Assembly: GCA_002269645.1 (NCBI GenBank)
Contig: NIVC01002490.1
Coordinates: 1-64,000 of the forward strand
DNA from: Macrostomum lignano
Lineage: Eukaryota
DNA: 64,000 bases
Direction of reading: 5' to 3'
Part shown: positions 37,432 through 51,260 of the stretch, one piece after another
How the letters are laid out: each line of letters starts with the position of its first letter
How positions within the stretch are numbered: position 1 is the stretch's first letter
Notes under the pieces: generated by a model
Told to the model about the DNA's origin: nothing
The model's database searches: none
What the model saw: the letters and a program-made list of their open reading frames with translations, nothing else
Program-made: the position numbers and the translations under genes

Positions 37432-38590
37432 CTCAATCAGCTGATCAATTGATCAATTTGCTGATCAATCACCCAATGAGTTAATCAATCACCAAATCAG
37501 CTGATCAATCAATCACTCAATCAGCTGATCAATCACTCAATCAGCTGATCAATCAATCACTCAATCAGCTGATCAATCACTCAATCAATCAGCTGATCAA
37601 TCACTCAATCAGCTGATCAATCAATCAATCAATCAGCTGATCAATCAATCACTCAATCAGCTGATCAATCAATCACTCAATCAGCTGATCAATCATTCAA
37701 TCAATCAGCTGATCAATCACTCAATCAGCTGATCAATCACTCAATCAATCAGCTGATCAATCACTCAATCAATCAGCTGATCAATCACTCAATCAGCTGA
37801 TCAATCAATCACTCAATCAGCTGATCAATCACTCAATCAGCTGATCAATCACTCAATCAGCTGATCAATCACTCACTCAATCAGCTGATCAATCACTCAA
37901 TCAGCTGATCAATCACTCAACCAGCTGATCAATCACTCAATCAGCTGATCAATCACTCAATCAATCAATCAGCTGATCAATCACTCAACCAGCTGATCAA
38001 TCACTCAATCAATAAATCAGCTGATCAATCACTCAATCAGCTGATCAATCACTCAATCAATCAGCTGATCAATCACTCAATCAATCAATCAGCTGATCAA
38101 TCACTCAACCAGCTGATCAATCACTCAATCAATAAATCAGCTGATCAATCACTCAACCAGCTGATCAATCACTCAATCAATCAATCAGCTGATCAATCAC
38201 TCAATCAATCAACCAGCTGATCAATCACTCAACCAGCTGATCAATCACTCAATCAATAAATCAGCTGATCAATCACTCAACCAGCTGATCAATCACTCAA
38301 TCAATCAATCAGCTGATCAATCACTCAATCAGCTGATCAATCACTCAATCAATCAGCTGATCAATCACTCAATCAACCAGCTGATCAATCAATCACTCAA
38401 CCAGCTGATCAATCACTCAATCAGCTGATCAATCACTTAATCAGCTGATCAATCACTTAATCAGCTGATCAATCACTCAATCAGCTGATCAATCACTTAA
38501 TCAATCAGCTGATCAATCACTCAACCAGCTGATCAATCAATCACTCAATCAATCAGCTGATAAATCACTCAACCAGCTGATCAATCAAAA
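37432..38590. repeat. Minisatellite, 20-bp core TCAGCTGATCAATCACTCAA with variable AATC insertions
   Basis: Tandem unit read directly. Confidence 0.96.
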
Positions 38591-38698
38591 GCACACTCGT
38601 CTATAAAAATTTGAAAAGCCAAACATCATTGAACAAGCAATAAAAAGTATAAAAAATCAAGAAGGGAATTCAGCAATGAGTATCAATCAATCAATCAA

Positions 38699-39394
38699 TC
38701 ACCAGTCGTCCTCATCAGACGAGTCGTCATCTCCGCCGCCTCGCACCTTCTTCTGCCTGCCGGCTCCCAGAATGGAGGCGGCGCCCCCAGACTTGCCACC
38801 AGAAGCGGCGGTCTGCTGGTCTGGCGGGTTCATCAAGTCGCCTTTGTAGTCGATGACCTCGGACCGGCCAAGGCGCCATTCCAGCATCTCCGTGCTGAAG
38901 TCGTCGCGCCCGCCAAGATCGTCAAAGCCAACAATATAATCCTTGGTCTTCTCCTGGCGCACGATGCACAGGGTGGGGATGACCCGGATGTTCAGGCGCT
39001 GGGTGAGGAACGGCGCCTTGTCAACTGACAGCTTAATGAACTTGCACTCCACGTGTCGCGGAGCCAAGATGGCCAGGTGCTTGTCGAATATCTTGCAGCG
39101 GAACGTGCTGTCCCGGTAGAAATGGCACACCAGATTGCGGCTTTTCTTGCCCTCCTCGAAGAACTCCTTCTCGTTGGAGATTTCAAAGTAGCGGCCGTGG
39201 CCGTTGGCCACCCACTCGTCCCGCTGCTTGGCCTGCTCCTTCATCTGCCGCAGCCGGCGCTCCCTCAGCTGCTCGATGTCGTCCTCTTTCAGGTTGTCCA
39301 GCCGCTCGATCTGAGAGTCCAGGCGCTCCTCAATCACTTGAGCAGCTTTCACCAGCTGCGACTCCAGCGCTTTGCCCATGTTTGAGCCTGCCAT
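38699..39394 (-). CDS. TXNDC9: Thioredoxin domain-containing protein 9 / phosducin-like protein 3, single coding exon, 231 aa
   Basis: Motifs LRERRLRQMK, GHGRYFEI, VCHFYRDSTFRCKIFDKHL, FLTQRLNIRVIPTL, IVGFDDLGGRDDFSTEMLEWRL and an acidic tail DSSDEDDW. Acceptor CCTGCAG|CTCA-ATG lies 4 nt before ATG 39394. An alternative ATG is at 39379. Confidence 0.93.
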   Translation of the reverse strand: MAGSNMGKALESQLVKAAQVIEERLDSQIERLDNLKEDDIEQLRERRLRQMKEQAKQRDEWVANGHGRYFEISNEKEFFEEGKKSRNLVCHFYRDSTFRCKIFDKHLAILAPRHVECKFIKLSVDKAPFLTQRLNIRVIPTLCIVRQEKTKDYIVGFDDLGGRDDFSTEMLEWRLGRSEVIDYKGDLMNPPDQQTAASGGKSGGAASILGAGRQKKVRGGGDDDSSDEDDW

Positions 39395-39469
39395 TGAGCT
39401 GCAGGTTGATGCGGACAGGTGGGACCAGGTGATGCTACAGCTGCCTATCCTAATTCCGCTGTCTGCACT

Positions 39470-40620
39470 ACACATCCGCTGTCTACCCTACAAATCCGCT
39501 GTCTACCCTACAAATCCACTGTCTACCCTATAAATACACTGTCTACCCTACAAATCCACTGTCTACCCTACAAATCCGCTGTCTACCCTACAAATCCGCT
39601 GTCTACCCTACAAATCCACTGTCTACCCTACAAATTCGCTATCTACCCTACAAATTCGCTATCTACCCTATAAATCCACTGTCTACTCTACAAATTCGCT
39701 GTCTACCCTATAAATCCACTGTCTACCCTACAAATCCACTGTCTACCCTACAAATCCGCTGTCTACCCTACAAATCCGCTGTCTACCCTACAAATCCACT
39801 GTCTACCCTACAAATTCGCTATCTACCCTACAAATTCGCTATCTACCCTATAAATCCACTGTCTACTCTACAAATTCGCTGTCTACCCTATAAATCCACT
39901 GTCTACCCTATAAATTCAGTGTCTACCCTACAAATTCGCTGTCTACCCTATAAATCCACTGTCTACTCTACAAATTCGCTGTCTACCCTATAAATCCACT
40001 GTCTACCCTACAAATTCAGTGTCTACCCTACAAATTCGCTGTCTACCCTATAAATCCACTGTCTACTCTACAAATTCGCTGTCTACCCTATAAATCCACT
40101 GTCTCCCCTATAAATTCAGTGTCTACCCTACAAATTCGCTGTCTACCCTACAAATCCACTGTCTACCCTACAAATTCGCTATCTACCCTATAAATCCACT
40201 GTCTACTCTACAAATCCACTGTCTACCCTATAAATCCGCTTTCTACCCTACAAATCCACTGTCTACCCTATAAATCCGCTGTCTACCCTACAAATCCACT
40301 GTCTACCCTACAAATCCACTGTCTACCCTACAAATCCGCTGTCTACCCTACACATCCGCTGTCTACCCTATAAATCCAGTGTCTACCCTACAAATTCGCT
40401 GTCTACCCTATAAATCCACTGTCTACTCTACAAATTCGCTGTCTACCCTACAAATCCACTGTCTACCCTACAAATCCGCTGTCTACCCTACAAATCCGCT
40501 GTCTACCCTACAAATTCGCTGTCTACCCTACAAATCCGCTGTCTACCCTATAAATCCACTGTCTACCCTACAAATCCGCTGTATACCCTATAAATCCACT
40601 GTCTCCTTATAAACCCGCTG
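39470..40620. repeat. Minisatellite, 20-bp unit GTCTACCCTACAAATCCACT (~56 copies)
   Basis: Tandem unit read directly; lies immediately upstream of the TXNDC9 acceptor. Confidence 0.97.
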
Positions 40621-41229
40621 TCGTCTCTATAAAAATCCGGTGTCTACCCTAAAAACCCGCTTCCTCACTCCTATAAACCAGCAAAGTAGTTTAATAAACG
40701 AAACTAAAAAAACAAAAATTCGAAGATACCGAAGCAAAAAAGACGCTGCATAAAAAATAATATGTATTAAAAGTACATTTTGTACTGCACAAAAATACTT
40801 AAAATCAATCGATCGAAACGATGGGAGGGGGTAGCGGCTAAACTAGAGGCGGTCGCGCTGATAAAATATACAAAATCCATCAGTTTCTACAGTAATACGA
40901 TTTCCCAACTGATTTGCCAGGAGAAAATAAACTTTTATTAATAACCAACATGGCCTATGAGTACGTAAGCGAGAATACAGCTTTGATTGCGCAATGGCTA
41001 CAAAAATATATAAATTTGATTATAACAAGCAAATTAACACTTGATAAACGCGCGATGTAAAATACAATTTTTTATCAATTTTCATTGAGTATGAGAAACT
41101 ATTCAAACAAATTAATTTGCGGCTAAGGCTCGAATAGCGAAGACATCGTTTAACAGTGCCATTGTGACTTTGTAAAATAATATTATAAAATATATTGGTG
41201 AGACAAGAAAAGTACACAGGTTTTGAGAT

Positions 41230-41965
41230 GCCAGTGATATCATTGAGTCATTGTGCCACTCATCACTGATATCATCATGAGTCATTGTGCTACTTATCAC
41301 TGATATCATCATGAGTCATTGTGCTACTCATCACATATCATCATGAGTCATTGTGCTACTCATCACATATCATCATGAGTCATTGTGCCACTCATCACTG
41401 ATATCATCATGAGTCATTGTGCCACTCATCACATATCATCATGAGTCATTGTGCCACTCATCACTGATATCATCATGAGTCATTGTGCTACTCATCACAT
41501 ACATCATCATGACTCATTGTGCCACTCATCACATACATCATCATGACTCATTGTGCTACTCATCACATACATCATCATGACTCATTGTGCTACTCATCAC
41601 ATACATCATCATGAGTCATTGTGCCACTCATCACATACATCATCATGAGTCATTGTGCTACTCATCACATACATCATCATGACTCATTGTGCTACTCATC
41701 ACATACATCATCATGACTCATTGTGCCACTCATCGCATACATCATCATGACTCATTCTGCCACTCATCACATATCATCATGACTCATTGTGCTACTCATC
41801 ACTGATATCATCATGAGTCATTGTGCTACTCATCACTGATATCATCATGAGTCATTGTGCCACTCATCACTGATATCATCATGAGTCATTGTGCCACTCA
41901 TCACTGATATCATCATGAGTCATTGTGCTACTCATCACAAATATCATCATGAGTCATTGTGCTAC
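41230..41965. repeat. Minisatellite, 32-35-bp unit ATCATCATGAGTCATTGTGCYACTCATCACAT
   Basis: Tandem unit read directly. Confidence 0.95.
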
Positions 41966-42619
41966 ATGAAAACACATGAAAACAAATCATTTTGCTCCGG
42001 GGTAAAAAAATTGACGCAGAAAGCAAACTTGCACTTGTGCCAGAACGATTTGTTGCCAGAATATAGAAAGACTGCGACCAAAATCTACTAGATAACGTAC
42101 AATACTAACACAAGTTACTGACTAACACTACTTGTATAAATTGATTCAAGTGGTATATACTATAGTATAAAGTAACGTCATTCAAACATAGCGAATGACA
42201 ACGGGACAATGGGTTCGCTCGTGTAGCTTTCTCGTCTGCAAATCGCGTGTCAATCAAAACTGGAAGATGTAATTCTATTGCGAATAAAAAACAAAATTAA
42301 TTACACACGAAACGTAATGCAAATCAAATGACAAATAGTTACTGACACTAATGATACTGTGCGGGATGCTACTTGATTAAAGCAGCAATATTGATTTCAC
42401 AACAGTAGGAGCGGACGCCGTAAACGCTGAGTGTTGTGCAAATACAAGTATTAACACTGATGAATACTTGTCCGAGAGACTTTGGTCTGGGATTCAATGG
42501 GCAGACAGATATAGAGGAAGAAAGCTAACACTGGGCTTACAGGCCAACAGACAGACTAGTTCAGGCATTCACGGGCACCAAGACAGTCAGTAGGATGCAC
42601 TGAGGGAAAATACACTTTA

Positions 42620-42885
42620 CGACAGACAGTGAGACAGACACCAGGCCAGACAGGTAGACACATAGATTAAGACACACGGGCAGACAGACAAACAGGCATA
42701 CAGACAGACGGACAGACAGACACAGGCAGACAGACAAACAGGCATACAGACAGACGGACAGACAGACACAGGCAGACAGACAGGCAGGCACATAGATTAA
42801 GACAGACAGGCTAGACAGACAGGCAAGCATACAGACAGACAGACAGACAGGCAGACAGACAGGCAGACGACAGACACAGGCAGAC

Positions 42886-42932
<47 letters not shown>

Positions 42933-42943
42933 GGCAGACAGGC

Positions 42944-43030
<87 letters not shown>

Positions 43031-43090
43031 AAGACAGACAGGCAGACACACAGGCAGACAGACAGACACACAGGCAGACAGGCAGACAGT
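42620..43090. repeat. (CAGA)n microsatellite with CAGG/CACA variants, just 3' of the SIDT stop
   Basis: Read directly. Confidence 0.95.
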
Positions 43091-43104
43091 CAGAGACGGA
43101 ACGC

Positions 43105-46100
43105 TCAGAACACGCGAATCCGGTCGCGCCTCACGTAGGCGAGGTCGTCATCCATAGTGAGGATGATGTTGAAGCCGAGGAACATGGCCACCGCGGACAG
43201 GAAGTGCCAGATGTCGTGCACATCGTAGAAGCCGGCCAGCACGCAGGCCTGGTTGCGGATGCGGGAGCCGCTGGCGCTGTCCTCCCAGTTGGTGGGGCTC
43301 TGCAGGAAGAAGTAGCCAGCCCCAGCCCAGGCGGCGATGTCCAGCAGGGTGAAGGCCACCGGGGTGAAGGCGAGCCGCTCGCCGTTGCGCAGCTTCATGA
43401 TGATGTAGAACACAAAGTACATCATCATGTTGACCATGAGGATGCTCAGCATGAAGGTGCTGAAATCTTCTGGCCGCTTGAATGCGCCGTAGAGGCCGAT
43501 GGACCAGTTGATGGAGTTGGCGAAGATCAGCAGCACCAGGCGGTCCCGCCGCTGCGGCCGGAAGCAGGACAGCCCGTCTGTGCGGACCAGCAGGTACAGC
43601 CGCTTCAGCCGGCCGACGTTCATCTTCCAGCGGCCAACATAGTACACCTCCAGGGTGAGCAGGATGCTGGTCACGATGACCAGGATGCAGAACAGGGTGT
43701 AGAATGTGGTGCTCTCTTTGCTGTAGAAGACACCAAGCAGGCCGGTGAAGATGATGATGGCCAGGGCCATGTAGGCCATGTGGGCCGAGGCGTTCACGTC
43801 TGGGTGTCTGGGGGTTGGGGAGAGGGTATGACAGCTGATATTATGACAGCTTGCGATTGTACATTTAAAGTCTCACCCCTACATAGTACATTTGTTAAAC
43901 TCTCACCCCTGTGTAGTTTGATGTTTGATGTCTCAAAATCTCACACCTGCATAGTAGATGTCTCAAAACCTCACCCCCAACACAGTAATGTTTCATTTCA
44001 AAATCTTAGCCCTACATAGTTAGATGTCTCAAAATCTCACCCCTGCATAGTAGACGACTTAAAACCTCACTTATACGTAGTTAGATGTCTCAAAATCTCA
44101 CCCTTCGTAGCTAGATGTCTCAAAATCTCACCCTACGTAGTAGATGTGTCAAAATCTCACTCATAAATATTAGATGTTTCAAAATCTCAACCCCTGTAGT
44201 AGATGTGTCAAAATCTCACCCTTAAATAGTAGATGTCTCAAAATCTCAACCCCTGTAGTAGATGTGTCAAAATCTCACCCTTAAATAGTAGATGTCTCAA
44301 AATCTCAACCCCTGTAGTAGATGTGTCAAAATCTCACCCTTAAATAGTAGATGTCTCAAAATCTCAACCCCTGTAGTAGATGTCTCAAAATCTCAACCCC
44401 TGTAGTTAGATGTCTCAAAATTTCACCCCTACATAGTGGATGTCTCAAAATCTCACCCATCGTAGCTAGATGTCTTGAAATCTCATCCTTCGTAGCTAGA
44501 TGTCTTGAAATCTCATCCTTCGTAGCTAGATGTGTCAAAATCTCACCCTTAAATAGTAGATGTATCAAAATCTCACCCTTAAATAGTAGATGTCTTAAAA
44601 TCTCACCCTTAAATAGTAGATGTCTCAAAATCTCACCCTTAAATAGTAGATGTCTTAAAATCTCACCCTTAAATAGTAGATGTCTCAAAATCTCACCCTT
44701 AAATAGTAGATGTCTCAAAATCTCACCCCACGTAGTTAGATGTCTCAAAATCTCACCCTACATAGTACCTCTACCCCTACATAGCCAGCGCCGCGCTCAC
44801 CTAGTCTGGTAGATCTTCAGCATGCAGAGTCCGGACAGCATGTACATAAACGCCGTATCGAACTGGAAGTTATTGTAGCTGGGACAGATATGATAGCAGC
44901 CGGAGAGTACACCCTCCATGATCAGGGCGATGCCGATGGCATAGTACAGTCCGTAGTGATGCGGAATGCCGTACTGGCTGGCCCGGGGGTCGCGGCGGAC
45001 CAGATTCTGGTGCAGCAAGTCCCGGCGCCAGCACAGCAGAAGAAACAGCAGGCCCAATAGCACGTAGCTGATGTTGGAGAAGACATTGTTGAACGAGGAG
45101 ATGACGCCCAGAGTGTGGGCGCAATCGAAGTTGTAATAGCACATGTCCTCGTCTCCGCTAGTGTTCAACACTTTCTGGTAGGTCAGCACCAGCTGGATCA
45201 CCGGCAAGCAGTAGAAGATCGATATGATGATTAAATACCAATAGTACAGCTTGTACTTTTTGCGCAGCCTGCTGGGCGGCTTTCTGGACAAATCCTGCAC
45301 CGTCATGTCTTTGCGCAGGCGAAAAATCTCCTTCTCCTGGTTGGCCTCCGCCATCAGGTCGACAAATCCGCCGTCTTCGCCGACTCCCGTGCCGACGCCG
45401 ACGGTGGCAGAGGCGGAAGCGGCCGAGGTCGAAGCCAGCGCATCCGATGCGTTCGTCGACGCCGAAGTTGTCGCCGAATTGGCCGAGGCCGGAGGCTCAA
45501 CGACGCTCATCTGGCTGGGCAGGGTGCCTCTCTGCATGGACAAAGACGACATTGCCGCGGTAGAGAAGGTGGCAGTTGTCGACATTGTCGCCGTTCTCAC
45601 CGTTGGAGTCTCCCCCACGGCGAGATAATTACGCGGCGATGAATTTGACGCCTCGTTAAAATCTGTCGAGTTATCACCAACGTCGGCTGCATCGCCGCGT
45701 TGACGAAGCGGCGACTCTGGAGTGTCCTCGGTTGGCGCGCTGTTGCCGTCGTAGTTGTTAGCGGCGCCGGCGCGGCTGCGAGCCAGCAAGCGCCTGGTCT
45801 CGTAGGTGTGATGAAGCAGCGCTATGATAAAGGCGGCAGCGTAGAACAATAGAAAGAAGAATATTGTGCCAAACACTGGCAGAAAGTATTCGTTGATGCC
45901 AAGCGAAGGCAGTACGGTGATGTTCAACTGTTTGGTGCGCCGGTACAGTTCCCGACCGTGCTCTCCGGGATCTGGCGGCACCAGCTGGGCGGGAATATTT
46001 GGCCGGCAGTTGGCGTCAGTGGGGTACACGACCAGCACCACGTAGAATGCTGTGGCCGAAGCCAGCGCCGGGTCGCTGGTGGTAACACTCAGACTGGCCT

Positions 46101-46947
46101 TCTTAGATGCCGTCTGCCTGATGCCAGTGAATTCTACATTCCTAGCCAGATCGTACACTGGGCAGTTGACCGCCTGTACAGACACCCGCATGCACAGCAT
46201 GTCGTCTGACACCATTCTAACCTGCACAGACGAGACATTGGGAGGAAACTCAAACTTGTAATACTTCGGCTGCGATGGAGACACGTGGGCCGATCTGATA
46301 CCGTGACTAGCGCCCAGATACAACTGGAAATTCGGCACTATTGAAGCGTTCAAAGAGAATGCCGTCATGTTGGGATTCTGAGTTGTCACCTCAACAAAGA
46401 TGGTGTGAACCCGGCCAGTGACAGAGCCACCCAGCGGCAGCGTGGGACAAAGAGTCCGCGACACTATATAGTAGGGGAACTCTTTCTCCTCGCTGGAGTA
46501 AAACAGCGGCAATCGCCATGACACAATCTCCCGCTGTTGCCTAGCAACTACAAGCACGGGATGGTCTGAACTGGCCGATTCGCTCACGATTGTCAACCGA
46601 ACAGCTTGAGTAACATCGACAATCTCTGTATAGTTGAATCTGAACACCAATTCGTTAGTGCTGGACACGCTGTAGTTGTAGGTGAGGTTGAACTCTCCAG
46701 CTACAATGTGCCGCTGCGGCTGCTGCTCGCCACCATCGCCAACAGCCAGCGGAGGAAGTGACAAAATCAGCAGACTAAAGATCAATAGCGACAGGTGCTC
46801 GTACGGCAACTGGCGCTGTGAGCTACGGGCAGGCAGCGCCATAGACAGGAGGCTGAACGGCCCCCCCACAGTCCCGTAATCTGCTTTGTCTCTGCTAAGC
46901 CGTGAGCTGAGTAGCAGGCGTCGCAGAAATGATGGCCGGATGAGCAT
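43105..46947 (-). CDS. SIDT: SID-1 transmembrane family protein (SIDT1/2-like), 2 coding exons, ~949 aa (914 aa if started at 46842)
   Basis: Exons 46947-44801 and 43807-43105 (AG|GTGAGC donor, CCCCAG| acceptor, joining IYQTR|HPDVNASAH). It has a signal-peptide-like segment and a Cys-containing ectodomain ([11 protein letters not shown]). Family motifs: [61 protein letters not shown]. Confidence 0.94.
43850..44780. repeat. Minisatellite, 30-bp unit AGATGTCTCAAAATCTCACCCTTAAATAGT (SIDT intron)
   Basis: Tandem unit read directly. Confidence 0.95.
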
Positions 46948-47284
46948 TGCTGGATCGGCTGTAGGACACCCCCATCCCCTCCTGAGCAACAGGCGAATCA
47001 GCTCAAGGCTCAGTGCCGATCTCCGCTAAATCCCCGGAGCCATTTCCGCAGCAAGGCTTAGAGAAGGGGGGAGGGGAGAGCATGTCAGAGAGGAAAAATC
47101 AGACGGGTAAGCCTAGTTAAGCCTAGTTTTCATCTGCAAGACAGGCACTGCTAGGCTGGCCCTGTTGCATTTGATTGAGAGGCCGGAATGTGTAGTAGCA
47201 TAACAGCATGACAAAAAGCACACTCGAGAAACTGACAAGCGATCATCAGTGAGACGGCTCAGTCAAGGAGAAAGTACTCCGCTT

Positions 47285-47326
47285 AGCTCCGCCCATCTTC
47301 CTCTCCATCTCCCATCTATTTATAGC
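47285..47326 (-). promoter_or_regulatory. Possible TATA box (GCTATAAATAG) and GC box (GGGCGGAG) ~350 bp upstream of the SIDT ATG
   Basis: Motif match only: minus-strand TATAAATA near 47317-47324 and GGGCGG near 47289-47294. Confidence 0.25.
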
Positions 47327-47604
47327 AGTCCTCGAGCTGGCCTCAACTGCACTCAGCGCTGCCGCATGCAGGCTGTTGTTTAAAGTGTGACTACAGGCAG
47401 AATGAGGGAAACCTCTGTAAGATTTGGCCTACAGCTGCTGTATCAAAAACTCGTATTGACACGGTTTTCGCGTCCGGGGATTCGCTTTTAAAAAGTAGCT
47501 TTCTAAGAATTTGGCAACGAACACGGTTTGGACCACTACTGCAGGCTTCTTGCTGCCCGCTACTTTGCTTATACCGGGGTTTGTGAGTCCAGTCTCAGCT
47601 TGTC

Positions 47605-48510
47605 TAGTGCAGTCCAATCTAATCTAGTCTTAATCTAATCAACTCCAGCCTAGTCCAATCTAATCTAATCTAGTTTAATCTAGTCTAGTCTAATCTAATC
47701 TAGTTTAATCTAGTCTAGTTTATTCTAGTCTAGTCTAATCTAATCTAGTTTAATCTAGTCTAGTTTATTCTAGTCTAGTCTAATCTAATCTAGTTTAATC
47801 TAGTCTAGTTTATTCTAGTCTAGTCTAATCTAATCTAGTTTAATCTAGTCTGTCTAATTTAGTCTAGTCTAGTCTAGTCTAATTCGATCTAATCTAATCT
47901 AGTCGTATCTAGTCAGTCTAACTTTATCTAATCTAGTCTAGTCTAATTCAGTCTAGTATAATTTAGTCTAATCAAATTTAGTCTAGTCTAATCTAATTCT
48001 ATCGAATCGGATATAATCTAATTCAGTCTAATATAATCTAGTCTAGTCTAATCTAATCTAGTTTAATCTAGTCTGTCTAATATAATCTAGTCTAATCTAG
48101 TCTAGTTTATTCTAGTCTAGTCTAATCTAATCTAGTTTAATCTAATCTAGTCTAATCTAATCTTGTTTAATCTAGTCTAGTCCAATCTAATCTAGTCTAA
48201 TGTAGACTAATCTAATCTAGTTTTATCTAGTCTAGTCTAATATAATCTAGTCTAATCTAGTCTAGTTTATTCTAGTCTAGTCTAATCTAGACAGTTTAAT
48301 CTAATCTAGTTTAATCTAATCTTGTTTTATCTAGTCTAGTCTAATCCAATCTAGTCTGATCTAAATCTAGTTTAATCTAGTCTAGTCTAATATAATCTAG
48401 TTTAATCTAGTCTAGTCTAATATAATCTAGTTTAATCTAGTCTAGTCTAATCTAATCTAGTTAAATCTAATCTAGCCTAATCCAGTCTAGCCCAATCTAA
48501 CCTAGTCTGT
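47605..48510. repeat. Degenerate pentanucleotide satellite (TCTAG/TCTAA)n
   Basis: Read directly. Confidence 0.95.
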
Positions 48511-48825
48511 TCCACACTGTAGTCGGGCCACTTGCCCCTTACTGTACAAAGAATCTAGCGAGGTCTACTAAGTTCTGTTAGCCCTATTAGTTCGGGACAA
48601 AAAAACAAATTCAATCGAATGGAAAATGTCAGTCAGATAGGCGGAGGGAACTGTCTCTTCGCTAACTCTGCTGCTTTGAAGGGCATTCGTTTGCCAGCAA
48701 GCATCTCAATATTAGTAAATATCAACTATGTCAATGTTTGAGGATCTCCATGCACAGGTCTGAGAGTAGAAATCCCCCAGACTAAGAAAAAAAGTCAACA
48801 GACATTTCATCAGCAGGCTTGAGGT

Positions 48826-49445
48826 TTAATAGTCTAGTGAGTCTAGTGATTCTAGTGAGTCTGAGTCTAGTGAGTCTAGTGAGTCTGAGTCTAGTGAGTC
48901 TGAGTCTAGTGAGTCTGAGTCTAGTGAGTCTAGTGAGTCTGAGTCTAGTGATTCTAGTGAGTCTGAGTCTAGTGAGTCTAGTGAGTCTGAGTCTAGTGAG
49001 TCTGAGTCTAGTGAGTCTGAGTCTAGTGAGTCTAGTGAGTCTGAGTCTAGTGATTCTAGTGAGTCTGAGTCTAGTGATTCTAGTGAGTCTGAGTCTAGTG
49101 AGTCTAGTGAGTCTGAGTCTAGTGATTCTAGTGATTCTAGTGAGTCTGAGTCTAGTGAGTCTAGTGATTCTAGTGATTCTAGTGAGTCTGAGTCTAGTGA
49201 GTCTAGTGAGTCTAGTGATTCTAGTGAGTCTGAGTCTAGTGAGTCTAGTGAGTCTAGTGAGTCTAGTGATTCTAGTGAGTCTAGTGAGTCTAGTGAGTCT
49301 GAGTCTAGTGAGTCTAGTGATTCTAATGAGTCAGAGTCTAGTGAGTCTAATGAGACTAATGAGTCTAATGAGTCGAGTGAGACTGAGTCTGAGTCTAATG
49401 AGCCTGAGTTTAGTGAGTCTAATGAGTCTAATGAGACTAATGCAG
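48826..49445. repeat. Compound 9/6-bp repeat (GTCTAGTGA / GTCTGA / TTCTAGTGA)
   Basis: Read directly. Confidence 0.95.
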
Positions 49446-49449
49446 TCAA

Positions 49450-49758
49450 GTCAGTCAGTCAGTCAGTCAGTCAGTCAGTCAGTCAGTCAGTCAGTCAGTC
49501 AGTCAGTCAGTCAGTCAGTCAGTCAGTCAGTCAGTCAGTCAGTCAGTCAGTCAGTCAGTCAGTCAGTCAGTCAGTCAGTCAGTCAGTCAGTCAGTCAGTC
49601 AGTCAGTCAGTCAGTCAGTCAGTCAGTCAGTCAGTCAGTCAGTCAGTCAGTCAGTCAGTCAGTCAGTCAGTCAGTCAGTCAGTCAGTCAGTCAGTCAGTC
49701 AGTCAGTCAGTCAGTCAGTCAGTCAGTCAGTCAGTCAGTCAGTCAGTCAGTCAGTCAG
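49450..49758. repeat. Perfect (GTCA)n microsatellite, ~77 units
   Basis: Read directly. Confidence 0.98.
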
Positions 49759-50814
49759 AACACACGAGTACCAAAGCAGAATCAGGTTTCGTCACGAAGA
49801 GGGGCACACTTGGCTGATCAATAATTGCTATTCGAAACTCCTCTTCAGCCAGTCACGCTCGGTGCATATAAAGGTATTTAGTGTCTCAGGACTAGAGCAC
49901 ACTATATATAAAATACACCCGCACTGCAGGATACGCAACTGGAAAGTGCACACAAAGGGTTGGCAGCAGGGGAGCACAGGGAATTCGGGAGTTTATATGG
50001 GGCATATCAGTAAGACGCGACTTTCTGCTTAAATAATGAGAGCTCACGCCATGACACTGAGAGCTTAGCCAAGGGAAAAAACTGACTGAGAGAGAAGGTC
50101 AGTAGAGAACAGGCAGACTAAGGGCTTAGGTCTCAGATGCTAGGAACTAGCCAGACAGACATGATATACATGTAGCCTCCAGTGTATAATTAAAACTTAA
50201 GATATAAAACTAACGCTCAAAGGTTAGTGTTGAAATTTCTGCAGAAAGTAAATGGAAATTGGCTGAAAAGACCTCAAAACTGACAAATCTCAAATCCCAT
50301 TTATGGAATTTCATACTTTTAAAGTACAAGTATCGCATGAATATCAGGTAAAAATACTCCGCTATAAGCCAATAAGTCAGGCAGAAAAATGGCTAGATCT
50401 AAATGATCAAAGCAGCACGCAATTTATTAGTAGGCAAAAATCACAGCGAAGCCCCATATAATATGACGAAATCAAGTTGAAGCAGAGATGCAGGTACACT
50501 GCAGCCCAGGGTGTAGCAGAGAAGGGGAAGAGACAGGGGATTAGCAATGGGGATATTTCAGCCTGTCTGTAGGCTGTGCAGGTCATAACAAGGTTTCACG
50601 CTCCAGTAGTCGTTTCCATTAAATGTAGGAGGCACACTTCGGCTGATCAAAGGGGCGCTATCTCTCATTATTAGCACAGGTCCGTGCAGCCCAGCACTCA
50701 GCCGGTTCAAGGACAATAAAGGTCGCAAAAGGAAAGAAAAATACACGTAAAATATTCTGAGATTAGGTGGGATGAATGAGAGTTGCAGGGTGGGAAAACA
50801 CCTACCTGAGGGGT

Positions 50815-51260
50815 AAGAAGAGACGGGATCTCAGAGATGAGAAGAGACGGGATCTCAGAGATGAGAAGAGACGGGATCTCAGAGATGAGAAGAGACGGGA
50901 TCTCAGAGATGAGAAGAGACGGGATCTCAGAGATGAGAAGAGACGGGATCTCTGAGATGAGAAGAGACGGAATCTCAGAGATGCGAAGAGACGGGATCTC
51001 AGAGATGAGAAGAGACGGGATCTCTGAGATGAGAAGAGACGGAATCTCAGAGATGCGAAGAGACGGGATCTCAGAGATGAGAAGAGACGGAATCTCAGAG
51101 ATGAGAAGAGACGGGATCTCAGAGATGAGAAGAGACGGAATCTCAGAGATGAGAAGAGACGGAATCTCAGAGATGAGAAGAGACGGGATCTCAGAGATGA
51201 GAAGAGACGGGATCTCTGAGATGAGAAGAGACGGAATCTCAGAGGTGAGAAGAGACGGGA
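50815..51260. repeat. Minisatellite, 24-bp unit AGACGGGATCTCAGAGATGAGAAG (~18 copies)
   Basis: Tandem unit read directly. Confidence 0.97.

Noticed and set aside
46948-46989. ORF-track start of SIDT at 46989 and similar upstream extensions of TXNDC9 (39475), LST8 (54567) and neurensin (19363)
   Set aside because: These are non-ATG or upstream-of-acceptor starts. The true starts are the first ATGs after the splice acceptors.
50558-50746. 62-aa minus-strand ORF between LST8 and SIDT
   Set aside because: No recognisable homology, a non-ATG start and no convincing splice sites.
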